DNA of 64,000 nt from Hydrolagus colliei (lineage: Eukaryota), in assembly GCA_035084275.1 (NCBI GenBank), contig CM068757.1, forward strand, positions 4,464,001 through 4,528,000, in the 5' to 3' direction. Below are positions 1-11,388 of the stretch, in pieces. Numbering within the stretch: the first letter of the stretch is position 1; the number at the start of each line of letters is the position of its first letter. The notes beneath the pieces are model-generated. The model was not told the origin of the DNA and did not search any database. It saw only the letters and a program-made list of their open reading frames with translations. The translations under genes and the position numbers were made by a program.

Positions 1-206
1 GGGAGACAAAAGTGAGGGGAGACAACAATGATAAACATTAAACAAAACGTTGAGATAAAGTAGCTACAACAGAAGCCCCTTTATATGGCGTGGCTAAGAT
101 CAGAAATGTGAATCACTATTGTACCAATAGTTTGAATACAGCTGAATATGTAAAACAAATGCAAATACTGTACTATAAAGAGAATAAAGACTTTAATAAC
201 TGACAG

Positions 207-277
207 GGACAATCAAAGGATTGTCTTTCGTGGCTCAAGACCCTAACAAAACAAAAGAGATTCTACCTTTGGATAAG
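207..277 (+). other. Weak candidate exon (xG-TIKGLSFVAQDPNKTKEILPLDK)
   Basis: Good donor AAG|gtatgg; poor acceptor (ctttaataactgacag) with no real pyrimidine tract. Confidence 0.25.
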
Positions 278-424
278 GTATGGTGCAGATATGCTATTGT
301 GATTATAGATTCCAAGCATGTACAGTACATGATATAGGGGTATTTTTGTTTTAAAAAAAGGAATAAAAACAGTAGCTGCTGTACTTTTTAACAAAAAGAG
401 CTCTTTCCCCAACCGAACTTCGTA

Positions 425-738
425 GAGTTCTGTAGCACAGTGGTTAGAGTACTCGCCTTACAAGCAGGAGATCTGGGTTCAATTCCTGGCAGGGCGAAGC
501 CTTGGGCAAGTTTCCTTACTCCACACGCTTAATAATAATCCTTAAAAAAACACAATCATTAATTGGTCATTTCAATCCATGACTTTGAGGGACACTACTG
601 TGCGCAATTGGCTGCCACGTTTCGCCCACAAATATACAGTCAATTAACTTTGCAGTATATTCTGTGAAGAGCTTTGAGACATCTGGAAGACATGAAAAGT
701 GCAATATCAAAATGCAAGGATTATTATATTATTATTTA
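425..738 (+). mobile_element. tRNA-derived SINE, full length (tRNA head, central domain, L2-type tail, (TAT)n)
   Basis: A box tagcacagtggttag, B box ggttcaattcc, ccttgggcaagtttccttactccacacg, ctgtgcgcaattggctgcc, tail ...tcaaaatgcaaggattattat; repeated many times in the window. Confidence 0.92.
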
Positions 739-1419
739 TGCTTGATGATTAGCCACGACTGATACTTTGCCACTTTTTTTTTGTTGGGCAAGCATTGTGT
801 GCTCTTTATCAGTACTCCTGATAAAATAACATGGTGCCCCTCAATCCTGAACAAGGGGTTCGTTCAGGAAGAAAACAAGGAAGCCTTCCTCTTATTGGCA
901 GGTCATAGAAATGGTATTGTGGTAACCATATTCCAACACAAGAGATGGACGCAGCAGGAACAGGGGTGTGGGAAGGGAGAAGAGAGGAGAGGAGCTGAAA
1001 CGGAACCCGTCTTAACTGAAGAAAAATCATGTACTCACATTACTGAAGCTGAGCAGATCGAAAGAGGATAATGTGGTGAAATGCAGGCAGTGCTGGAGTT
1101 CAAGCCTGTGATCATACAAGCATGAGATAAGCACCCTCATCAAGAGTACTTCCAAGTACTTTCATGCTACTTCTGTTTGGTTTTCATTCTCAATGTTACT
1201 TCATGCCACTCTGCAGCCTTCTCCGTGACTGTTGAAACAGCTGTCTGCATGATTCTGCATCCTCACGGTGATATGCTAATGTCTCTACTCCATCCTCAAT
1301 AACTGCTTCTGCATTTAATAAACTTCAAATGTTTCAGAGGTTTCGCAAAATGGAGCTACAAACTATTAACTCATTACTTAAACAAAAATGTAAAACTTCA
1401 AATCATGAGCTCTCTTTAT

Positions 1420-1735
1420 AATAATAATAACAGTAATCCTTACATTTGATATACCGCTTTTCACGTCTTCTGGATGTCTCAAGCGCTTCACAGTGAATTG
1501 ACTATTTGTGGGTGAAACGTGTGTGAATCAATCCCCCTCTCAGGGTGGGGGTTAACGGAGGATACAACAAGTAAATCTATGAATTCCTTCACTGGGAACC
1601 GTCTCCCATCATGTCTCTGCAGCAACATTGCATCTTGCGAAATATTAATCCTTGCATTTGATATTAATCCTGATCACAACATTGAGTCGTCTTGAAGACG
1701 TGAAAAGCGCTACCTCAAATGTAAGGATTATTATT
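1420..1735. mobile_element. Divergent pair of SINE tail fragments (- 1420-1520, + 1680-1735)
   Basis: aatccttacatttgat...cttttcacgtcttc and its reverse complement gaagacgtgaaaag...tcaaatgtaaggatt. Confidence 0.8.
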
Positions 1736-2949
1736 TTTGCTATTATCTTAGAGAATGTCGGGACTGCTTTCAGTTGACCTAGGCCTTGAGAAGAATATGC
1801 ATCTGCAATCGCCTATCCAGCTGTTGCAATAAAAACCTGTATTAGTGGTGTGTGCTGTTAGGGACTATGTCACAAGGAAGCTACTGAATTGAGGCATTCT
1901 GTTGAAGTCATGAAACTAGGATATCTGAAGCGAAAGTGGTGCCTGATATTGGGATATAGGAAGGCACTTCCACAGACAACTGTTGCTTTTTGTGATATAT
2001 AGAAACTTCTATACATCAATTTATTGATATGTATATTGGAAAATGTGAGGTTGTACAAGACCAAAAACCTGCCGAAATTGATAACTGACAAGATTCAGTG
2101 AATTTCACACCAAGAGGTTTGTTCAGTTAAATGGTGAGACTAATTCAGAAGCAGTGCAAATGCTTCCTGAAGTTAGGACCACATCCTTCCAGCTTCATGT
2201 ACGACAAGCTGCAGGAGTAGGAAGAGAAAGAGAGAGCAGTGTTGCTTTATTCTTTTCTATATTTTCATTAAAAGCTCAGGAAATGTGACTCCTATCTTTA
2301 CAAAACTTCCCCAGGGGGAAGCAGGGACAATGTAAGGTCATGTCAAGCTCGGCTGCCCTTATATGCGTCCTTGCGGGCAGTTATAAGTGAACTTAGCAAA
2401 AAAGCCTCAAACAAGCTCCCTCGTCCATCCTTTGATCTAGAATTATGCAAAGATATATTTAATAGCAACTGATGAAAAATGGCAATAGGGTGCCAACATT
2501 TTATTTGCAATCTCCTAGATTGATGTATGTTTTTAAATTGTTTTTAAATTGTTCCCGGCACAATAATGCAGGTTAGTTGGAGTTCTTTCAGATCTCACAA
2601 AAAAAATCAATGCCACAATTCCCTTTCAACTACATTACCTCATAAGTGAAAAATCTGTATTAGAAACAGTTTAAAAGTACTCGCCAAGGCACTGTACCAC
2701 TTCAGTTAGGTTTTGCTTTTCAAACAAGCTGTGCAATTGCCGTGGCTTCCATTTGGGTTGTGAGCACTATTTGACTTGGGACAAAAAAAGATTATTTTAG
2801 ATCAAAATATTTAACAAATGGTTCCACTTCTACAAGAAAGCATATATTCCTTTACAAGAATGGATATTTATTTAGCACTTCAAATGCAAGGATTATTATT
2901 ATTATAATCTCAGAAACTCCACTTTGTGGGATGGCACAACCTTAAAAGG

Positions 2950-3228
2950 CAAATTTCCTTACTGCACCACACCTCTGTTTGCCAAGCAGTAAGTAGGTTG
3001 TTGGATGATTGGTGGTTACTTTTCCAAAGGTAATAATTCCTTTAAAAAAAGAAAAAAAAGTTTTGTCACTTAATCCACGACTGTATGTGGGACATTGCTA
3101 TGCAATGAGTTACTGCATCTTGGCCACAAAATTCAATTCACTTTACAGTATATCCTGTGAAGCGCTTTGAGACATCTCAAAGACATGATACTGTAATGTG
3201 TTAATCAAATGCAAGGATTATTATTGTT
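2950..3228 (+). mobile_element. 5'-truncated SINE, longer-body subfamily
   Basis: tttccttactgcaccacacctctgtttgccaagcagtaag ... gtgaagcgctttgagacatc ... aatgcaaggattattatt. Confidence 0.8.
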
Positions 3229-3496
3229 AAAACTAGCAAATAGGCACACTGACTCTGAATACCCATTAAAAAATGTTTATGAATTATGATTCCAATGTAA
3301 TGTTATTTTGTCTCCAATCTGTTTCTATTGATGTATATAAACAAACTGGCTTCTGGTGATCTAATCAAGCAACTTGAGGAAGTGTTACCGAGTCAGACAC
3401 TGAGATGATGATGATGATGAAATGTGAATAGAAACCAGCATTAAGTGAAGGAACTTAAGCAATCTTGTTTATTTTTCTGACTGTATCTTATTTCAG

Positions 3497-3555
3497 ATGA
3501 CTCAAATAACCAGACTTATAATGGTTCCAACAATTTGGATCCAGTGGATGCTACA
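3497..3555 (+). other. Candidate 59-nt exon of uncertain gene and frame
   Basis: Strong acceptor ctgactgtatcttatttcag and donor ACA|gtaagc; open in two frames (DDSNNQTYNGSNNLDPVDAT or MTQITRLIMVPTIWIQWML). Confidence 0.6.
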
Positions 3556-4057
3556 GTAAGCAGATACGTGTATAATTGTGCTTCTTAATTCACATTTTGT
3601 AAAACCATTATTGAGGCAACCTCAATTCTAGCAGGTGACAGATAAATGATCCAGCTATTAATTATAATATATACTGCATAGTTTAGGCAAAGTACAATAC
3701 TTTGCAAGTGTACGTAAACAGCTTTAGCAAATTCTGTTGAATTGTTTCTCTAATCTATTACAAATTATTTCCTGCAATTACTCTAGTACTGTATTCATGT
3801 TACATAAGATTTTAAAGTTGATGTAGAATGGAAAGAAATTGTGTTCCTACTGAACTTTTGAAGGTGTAGGCAAGTGCTAACATTGTTTGGACTTATTTAC
3901 TTTTTCTAAACCTTCAAAAAGTACATTTTAACCTTTCTTAAAAAAAAAATTAAATTCCTGATCTACCCCAAACCAGATGTGATATCATTAGGATGTACAT
4001 GTAGTACAGATAGAGAACTCAGAACTTTAAATCAGTTGTGGTGCAGAAATGACACAC

Positions 4058-4376
4058 AATAATAATAATAATCCTTGCATTTGATAATAGCGCTTTCCAC
4101 GTCTTCCAGATGTCTCAAAGAGCTTCACATCAACTGTGAAGCTGTATTTCAGTGAATTTAAAATTGACTGCAGATTTGTGAGGGAAACACAGCAGCCAAT
4201 TGCACACAGCAATGTCCCACAAACTGTCGTCGTTTGAGTAACCAAATCATTATTGTTTTGGTTGTGGGATTATTATCAGGTGTGTGAAGTAAGGAAATTT
4301 ATCCAAACTCGCCCTGCCCTGCTAGGAATCAAACCAAGGTCTCTTGATTGCTCTCACCACTGAGGTACAGGACTTC
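4058..4376 (-). mobile_element. tRNA-derived SINE, near full length, antisense
   Basis: Reverse complement of head, body and tail of the same family; begins (aat)n ccttgcatttgat on the + strand. Confidence 0.9.
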
Positions 4377-5243
4377 ACAATAATATGAAATGTTATGTTT
4401 TCTCACTGCAGTATAACAAGTCATATTGTATAAATCCAGAGCTATGCAGGAGTAAATGTAACCAAATCCCTGGATAGACAAGTACGCTTTCCTATAGCTC
4501 ATAAGATATGTTTGATTCCAGTAGAGCAGCATGCACTGCTATCCCATTGAGACACGCCAACCAGAAATCATTAGGCCCTGAACAAAATGTGAAGTAGAAT
4601 GTCATTATAATTACTATGTTTGTGTAATCTTAATAATTCACAGTCCCCAATCCCACTTGAGAACTGACAACATCTGGATTTCCAAGAATTTGTTTGTGGT
4701 ATTAAGGAGGCCACAATTAGTACTTCTGACCAAACCCTTGAATTCTGACTTGGATTCAAGTCAACTTTTGTAACCCACCCAAAAATAAAAGACTTTGGTT
4801 TTATTTCTCGTACGAAACCTAGAATTTGTGGTACTAATTTCAGGAGATTTGGGAGCACTTTGGAAATTAATTAAGTACTCAACTGAAACCCCACGGATAC
4901 TGTGGGAAGGCCTCAAGATATTCCTCATAGAATAAAAGATAGAGAGACTAAGGTATACTTGATGGCTAAAGCAAAATAAAACCACAAAAATAACCACCCA
5001 GGAACAGGAAATTAAAGAACTAGAAATCAATTTCTCTAAAGTTTGCAACAGGAAGTTACTTGTTTGAGTCTAAATTTGAACATAAAACAATGTGTGTAGT
5101 CAGTGTTGAACTTCCTCCAATGGGACAAACACTACTGTATATGATCTTTGGACAGATTGAAGAAATTGTTAGCTTAGTAACTCTGAAGAGAGAAAGCAAC
5201 TGTCAGACATAACAAAAAAAATTCATATTTTATGATAAATATG

Positions 5244-5290
5244 TGGAGTCCTGTAGCTTAGTCGTTAGAGCAGTTGCCTCACACGAGAAC
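5244..5290 (+). mobile_element. SINE tRNA head only
   Basis: ggagtcctgtagcttagtcgttagagcagttgcc, nearly identical to the head at 13782. Confidence 0.7.
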
Positions 5291-8200
5291 TGCTAAGGAA
5301 AACAATCGAAGTGTAATGCTGGATTAATATTAAACTGATTAAAGTTAAACTGCCACACCAGTCTTATTTAATGCTCATCAGATGAAAGAGAGAAGGGCTC
5401 TATAAATAGAAATGACAGACTCGGAGCCTTTCCACCCCCACATTCACATTTTGTGAAAAATAACTTGATGTTACTATGCGTTTTCTCTTCAGAAATATCA
5501 AAGTATTTCAGTACTTCCACTTATGCAAAGCTGAAAATCTTTGGCCATTAACCCAGGGCTCTGTTAATGCGTAAAATTTGGCATACACATTATGCTTCGT
5601 GCAGGGTTTCAATAGTCACAATTGATGCAATTGATAAAGGGATGCAATTAATAAAGTCTTAAAAATCTTAATGGCAACAAGATGGTTTAAAAAGGACTGG
5701 CATGATTTTTACAATAGTGTGAACAATATACCAAATGACTGGATTTATGGTATGTTTTTGAATTCCCAAATTGGAAAATTGCCCAGACAGCAATGAAACA
5801 ATAGATTTCTTGACTAGAATTTAAACATAGATTCTGGAACCAAGATCAAAAACATATGTAGTTCTTTGTCAAGACACCATTTTTTAAAACTTTTAGTACA
5901 GTCGTCTCTCGTAATGTAAAAGCTACAAATCCCATGTGTGGTCTTTTAACCATGGCGCTGTGGAACTTTTCCTAAAATTATATGTATGTGGTTTGGAATT
6001 AACAATTCCCCTGCAGTGTGTTTTCTGAAGTATGGGTTTCACTTGTTCATATCATCCTATCAAATTTTCTTTAAAGGACAGATATTGCCATTAGGTTGGT
6101 GGAAAAGAATCCTTACACATAAAATCCATTGATGAGAACAAAGAACCTATAGGAACTTCTCAATACGTACAAAGCAAGCCAACGAAATTAGCGATATTTC
6201 CATTAGAAGTTTGTAGTCATTGGTGAGGCCAGTCGATTGATAAGATAATGGGAACCACTAAACCTGAACAAACAAATTGACAGAAAGTTACCATCATTAT
6301 TCAGACATCATTCATATCTAATCCTCAAGTAAAAGTTAGGATTTTTTTTAAAAAGTATGAATCGAGTGATAGCCTGTAGCTTTTTTTTACTAGTGTTCAA
6401 TTTTTCAAGACCAGCTATGTTAATTACTGATGGTCTCCAATGGAGATTATTTATTTGCTAATGCTAAGTAGCTTCATGCACCCTGCCCTGATATGGAGGG
6501 GTGGAGGAGATAGAGCAACGCCTTTAAAACAACACCTTTAGATAAAGTTATCTGTTTGTCTTGCAAAGACAAATAGGGATATTTTCCAATCTAATCTCTT
6601 GTTTTAACGGTGTTAGAGTAATATCAAGTATCTTTGTTTGACAAGTGATTAGTTTTTATTTGGTTTACAGTATTAGATTTCTAGAATTGTTGCCATTATC
6701 AGCGACAGTCTGCGTGCAAGCCAAATGTGTACCACTTTCTCTTTATTTTAGATGTTCCTTCACGTATACAAGCACACGGGGTGCTGAAAAATACAGGACT
6801 TTATTGCTGTCATATACTGTTGGCAACTGACCTAATAATCATTGGCCAGAGTGATTGTGGTTTTCTTTACCGTCAATCAAAATGGCTGCTTATCGTTTGC
6901 ATTGCAAGACTGTCGAGAAGCAATGATCAGCATAGCTATTTGGGATGGCAGATGAGTTCAGCCTTGGCAATGATGCATTCATTTTCTGACCAACATGACA
7001 CTCACCTCCCGCTTGTTAAGAGATGCTCCGATTAGACCTTGTTGGATTTGAGTTTTGTGTTTTATTAATGGAGCTAGAGGACAATTTTATGACACAAGGA
7101 TTTTCATTCACTTTTTCAAACAAGAGAAAGAGATCGTAACAACATATGTATTATTAAATCTAACTAGGTCAGACCAGCTTACTTAAAAAGAAAGTGGAAA
7201 ATATCTCGGAGGAAAGCTGTCAGTGGAAGGCAGAGAGAGAGAGAGGCAGAGACCGATGGACAAACAAATTATTGTAATTGTTTTTTTGGGAAGACTCAAA
7301 ATTAAGTTTGTAAAACAATTTTAGACATAAAGACAACAGACAAAAATCTGGCCCACTAGTTAATCAATAGTATAGGACAATAAATAAGTATACTGTAGGA
7401 AATAAACTACTTATCATGTATTCAAGGTACAAAGAAGCTTTCTGCATGAAAGAGCACACTGAGATAAGCAGCTGATAGATAAGAATTACCATTCTTCTAT
7501 CCAGGCATAGTTACATTGAGTGAGCTTATTGTGAGTTGTTCTGGTTTCAACCAAGCACATCGCTTTTAATTTTGAACTCTGTCATTCAAAATGTCACTCA
7601 AGCCACAGAGTATTGGACAGCTAGTCTAAATTATAATTGAAGGTGGAAATGAATTATGTGAATTTAACCTTATATAAGAATATCATTAAAAATACTGACA
7701 GTCATTCCACTTCACAGAAATGTTCTCAATGTGTCATGCTTTAATATTATTTTATTGTTTAAAATAATTATTATCTAACCCCAATGCGTAATCACTCTAG
7801 GAGTATTACCCTTATCTCTCTGCTCTGTCTTACCTACGCAGTTGGCAGACAATGCCTCAACATTTTTAAAATCAGGATGTTGCAGACCTTGTAAATGATT
7901 GCATTAATCTTTCAGCCTTGAATGTAAGAACAGATTGTGAAGGACAAATGTATTCAATATCTCTTCGTTTTGAAGCCTTAGAGCTACAAAAATCACACCA
8001 TGGAAAAACAAATCTCATTTTTTTTAGGAGTTTAGAATCTTGTTTCATTCAAAGAAGAAATTTTAATATTCTTTGAGTTTTTAATAAGAAAATCTTTACA
8101 AAATTTGAATGGAATATTTGTTCCTGGCTTAGCTGACTGAAACACTGACTGAAGAAAATTGCCCACAAAATAGTTTTTTACATACTGAGAATTATTACAT

Positions 8201-9104
8201 CTTTGGATATTTACAAAGAAATCAATATAAAACACATCACTGAAATCCATTCATTGAAACACAGTTTAATGTAATTTGCATTGATATGGTTACCTCAGAA
8301 TGGCATGCAGAATAAAAAAAAACATTGTCCAGCAAGTATAGGCATTTGTGTCAAAGTGATTTATTGGTTCATTAATTCAGAGTCAGTCTTTTCATACAAT
8401 AAAGGACTGAATAATAATTAATGAATGGTGGTGAATGGGTTAACTAGCATCAGAAACAGCCTCCTAAAGCTGTTTTGGTCTCCATATTGCCTTGGCCACA
8501 GATGTTAAGGTCAATGAAAGGTTATTTTGATTGAAAATGAACGGAAGCTCCAGCCCAAATGCATTACATAATAGTTAAGATTTATTTGGTGAATTTTAAC
8601 ATGATTTTGTGGTGGAGCTATGTAGCATTCCATTACTAATTTAGTGTTGTACTGTACTGAGAGACCAAAATTACACCAAAGGGAACAACATTTAATGGTA
8701 TTTCAAATTTATGCCGCTTTGCTGATTTAAAGAGTAGAATTAGAATATTTGTTGAAAGGATATTTATAACTTTCTTTTGCTGTGCATATTGACAAGATTT
8801 GTAACAGTTATTCACATCTTAAACATTGTAAAGCTATCAAACCTGTTGGTTATGGATAGCATTTGCCTCTTAGGCCTGTAAATTCTGTTTGTTATTTAAA
8901 TAATACTCATAAGAAATACAAAGCTCTTGTGGCTTGTTTGGGACTGGTATTAAACTGCTCAAGTGAACATGTTCCATTGTGTGTCCTAAACATAATTATC
9001 GGAATACTATGTCATTACCATATATAAAACCTTCCATATGTTACACAGAGTGCTGATTGTGGAAAAACAATGGCTATCACATCCATATCTTTTGACGCTC
9101 TCAT

Positions 9105-9413
9105 AGTACAGGTTAGAGCACTCACCTCGCAAGCAAGAGACCCGGGCTCAATTCCCGACAGGGCGAAAGCTTGGGCAACTTTCCTTACTCCACACGCCTA
9201 ATAATAATCCCTCAAAAAAACACAATAATAATTTGGTCGCTCAGTCAACAGCTGTTTGCATGATGCTGCTGTGCACAATTGGTTGCTGTGTTTCACCCAC
9301 AAATATACAGTCAATTCACTTTACAGTATATTCTGTGAAGCGCTTTGAGACATCTAGAAGACCTGAAAAGCACTATATCAAATGTAAGGATTATTATTGT
9401 TATTATTATTATT
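9105..9413 (+). mobile_element. tRNA-derived SINE, near full length
   Basis: Same head, body and tail motifs, ending in (tat)n. Confidence 0.9.
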
Positions 9414-10169
9414 ACAGACACCTCAACTTCACAAATTTTAGAGCAGTTCCATGACTTTTTGTTACTGCTGACACATGGGCAATTAGCAGTGCAGCAATGT
9501 ACTGAATATGCAATACATGAATAGGTGCACAGCTAGTATTTGTGCTGTCACTGGCTAAACCATAATTACATCTGAATTTAGAAAAGTTTGCTATCAGTTC
9601 TATATCATAACTTCTAATACCCTATCCCAGCCATAGTCTTTCCCAATATTTCATTGCTTGGAAAGATCTAATAACCTGAATTCCTACCAGAAATGATGCT
9701 TCAGGGAGCCATAACATTTACTTAGTACTCTCACACTATGACTTTATGTGCACTCGCTTTATTTCCCGTGTTGCCAAGTCTTTTCTTAATGTTTTGTTCC
9801 AAGAAAAATTAAAAATTATTTATCACCACTCTGGGCCCATCTACTTGAAGTTGGCAGAGGTTGACAGATTCTCCAGTCATCAGCAAATAGTCTAGTTTTC
9901 CATTCCTGGTGCCTCGTATCCTATGTTAACCACCACAAGACTACACTGGGTGCTACAGCAGAAAACTTTGTGATTTTAAAGTTGACATACATTTCAACAT
10001 TCTATCTGTGGCACACTTGGAAAAAAAGACAGTTCATTCCCTGAGCTGCATGATTTAGAAAAACAAAAGTGTAACAAATATTATCAAATGTAAGACACAT
10101 TTGTTTCTCTCATGGCTACTAATTTCAGGGGAAATCAGAGTTTTCTGAGGAAAATAAATGTGAAACCAT

Positions 10170-10700
10170 TTGACAAAGTGTGCCTTGACTTTCAAAAGGC
10201 TTCTAATAAACCAGTACACAAAAGACTCCATTACAGATTAATATCAGCAGGTATCAAAGGTACCCATAGACCAGTAACTAGCTGAAGGAAAGGAAACAGT
10301 AATTATAAGGATGAAGTAGGATGAACAAACTATTGAGTGTGATATCTTCAGGGATCTAACCTGGAATTATTCCTGTTTCTAGCATAATTACCCTGGATTC
10401 TTTCAACAACAACTTGCAGTTGTACAAGACAGGAAAATGTCTCAGAAGAGGTGTACGGTCCCAAGTAGGCTGAAAGATAAGCACATTGGACCCATCCAGG
10501 CGATTTATGTGCTCCATAAATGGAAAAGAAATTGTGAAGGAAGAAGCTGAAAGTCATTTAATGCCATTAGTTTATTTATCAATAGCCATTTCCAGCCAAT
10601 GCAAGACAGCAATAACAAAGTGAATTGGATGCTGGGCTACATTACTGAATCAGTAACTTCAAATTCCCAAACATTAAAGTTGTCTAGCTCTCGGTTCCTA
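10170..10700 (+). mobile_element. Old CR1 LINE RT remnant
   Basis: Decayed CLDFQKA.NK..HKRL...GIKG...RKQ...QGS segment matching the CR1 motif LDFQKAFDKVPH; later aacaaagtgaattggatgctgggctacatt. Confidence 0.65.
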
Positions 10701-11355
10701 TTTTTGAGGTTTTTTAAAAAAAGACCATATCCTGTTAATTGAAGGCTCAGAGTCAGAGGTCCCCACATCTGACTCAGTCAAATGAGACAGATGTGGGGAT
10801 ATGGGACAGATGTGGTGAACATTCTTCTGGGTTATCTTTAGGATCTGGAGAGAGTATTTGTACGGAAGTTTACACCAGGAGATGGAATGATTGAGCTGAA
10901 ATCAGTAATAGGGTACATTTTCTTTGATCTTTGGAGGGCGGGTCTTTTTTTTATTCCTATGCTTTTAAAACAATATATTGTAATTTAGCCAATTAAAAAA
11001 CTAAGAAATCATAATTAATACTAAACAGCTTCATGTTTCTGAAAACACATTTCAAAATACATTTTCAATGTGAAAAAGAATGTAATGCAAAATTCTGAAT
11101 CTAATTGTCAGCCCTGTGGTATTGTGATGTGGAGGCACAATTATTATGATATAACAAAGGCTAATGAGAGCCATTACAGCAGTACTTTAGACTGATGAAA
11201 TGCTGCACTGGGAGATTTGGTGCAGTGCAATGAGAAGTGGCCTCAGATGAAACACTGCTCCAAATCTGATTCCCCTTTTGAAAACAGAACTAAATGTACA
11301 GGGTCAGGTCTTGACCTCCATAATATGACCTTGTTTTCAGTTTTCTTTCTTACAG

Positions 11356-11388
11356 AGAGAACATATTGAGCGTCTACAGACAATGTAA
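11356..11388 (+). other. Candidate exon start: terminal exon REHIERLQTM* or 29-nt micro-exon 11356-11384
   Basis: Long pyrimidine tract ttgttttcagttttctttcttacag; possible donor AAT|gtaatt at 11385; TAA at 11386-11388 in the other frame. Confidence 0.45.

Noticed and set aside
781-1071. 96-aa ORF, with a possible acceptor at 901
   Set aside because: TTG start, no recognisable homology, purine-rich low-complexity middle and no independent support as an exon.
3404-3480. Possible box C/D snoRNA (atgatga...ctga)
   Set aside because: The C-box-like motif is part of an (ATG)n microsatellite, and I saw no terminal stem or rRNA-complementary guide.
9233-9454. Family of similar ORFs ([17 protein letters not shown]...CKDYYY) at 9233, 37619, 47388, 52326 and 56472
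   Set aside because: Similarity comes from the shared SINE tail, not from a protein family.
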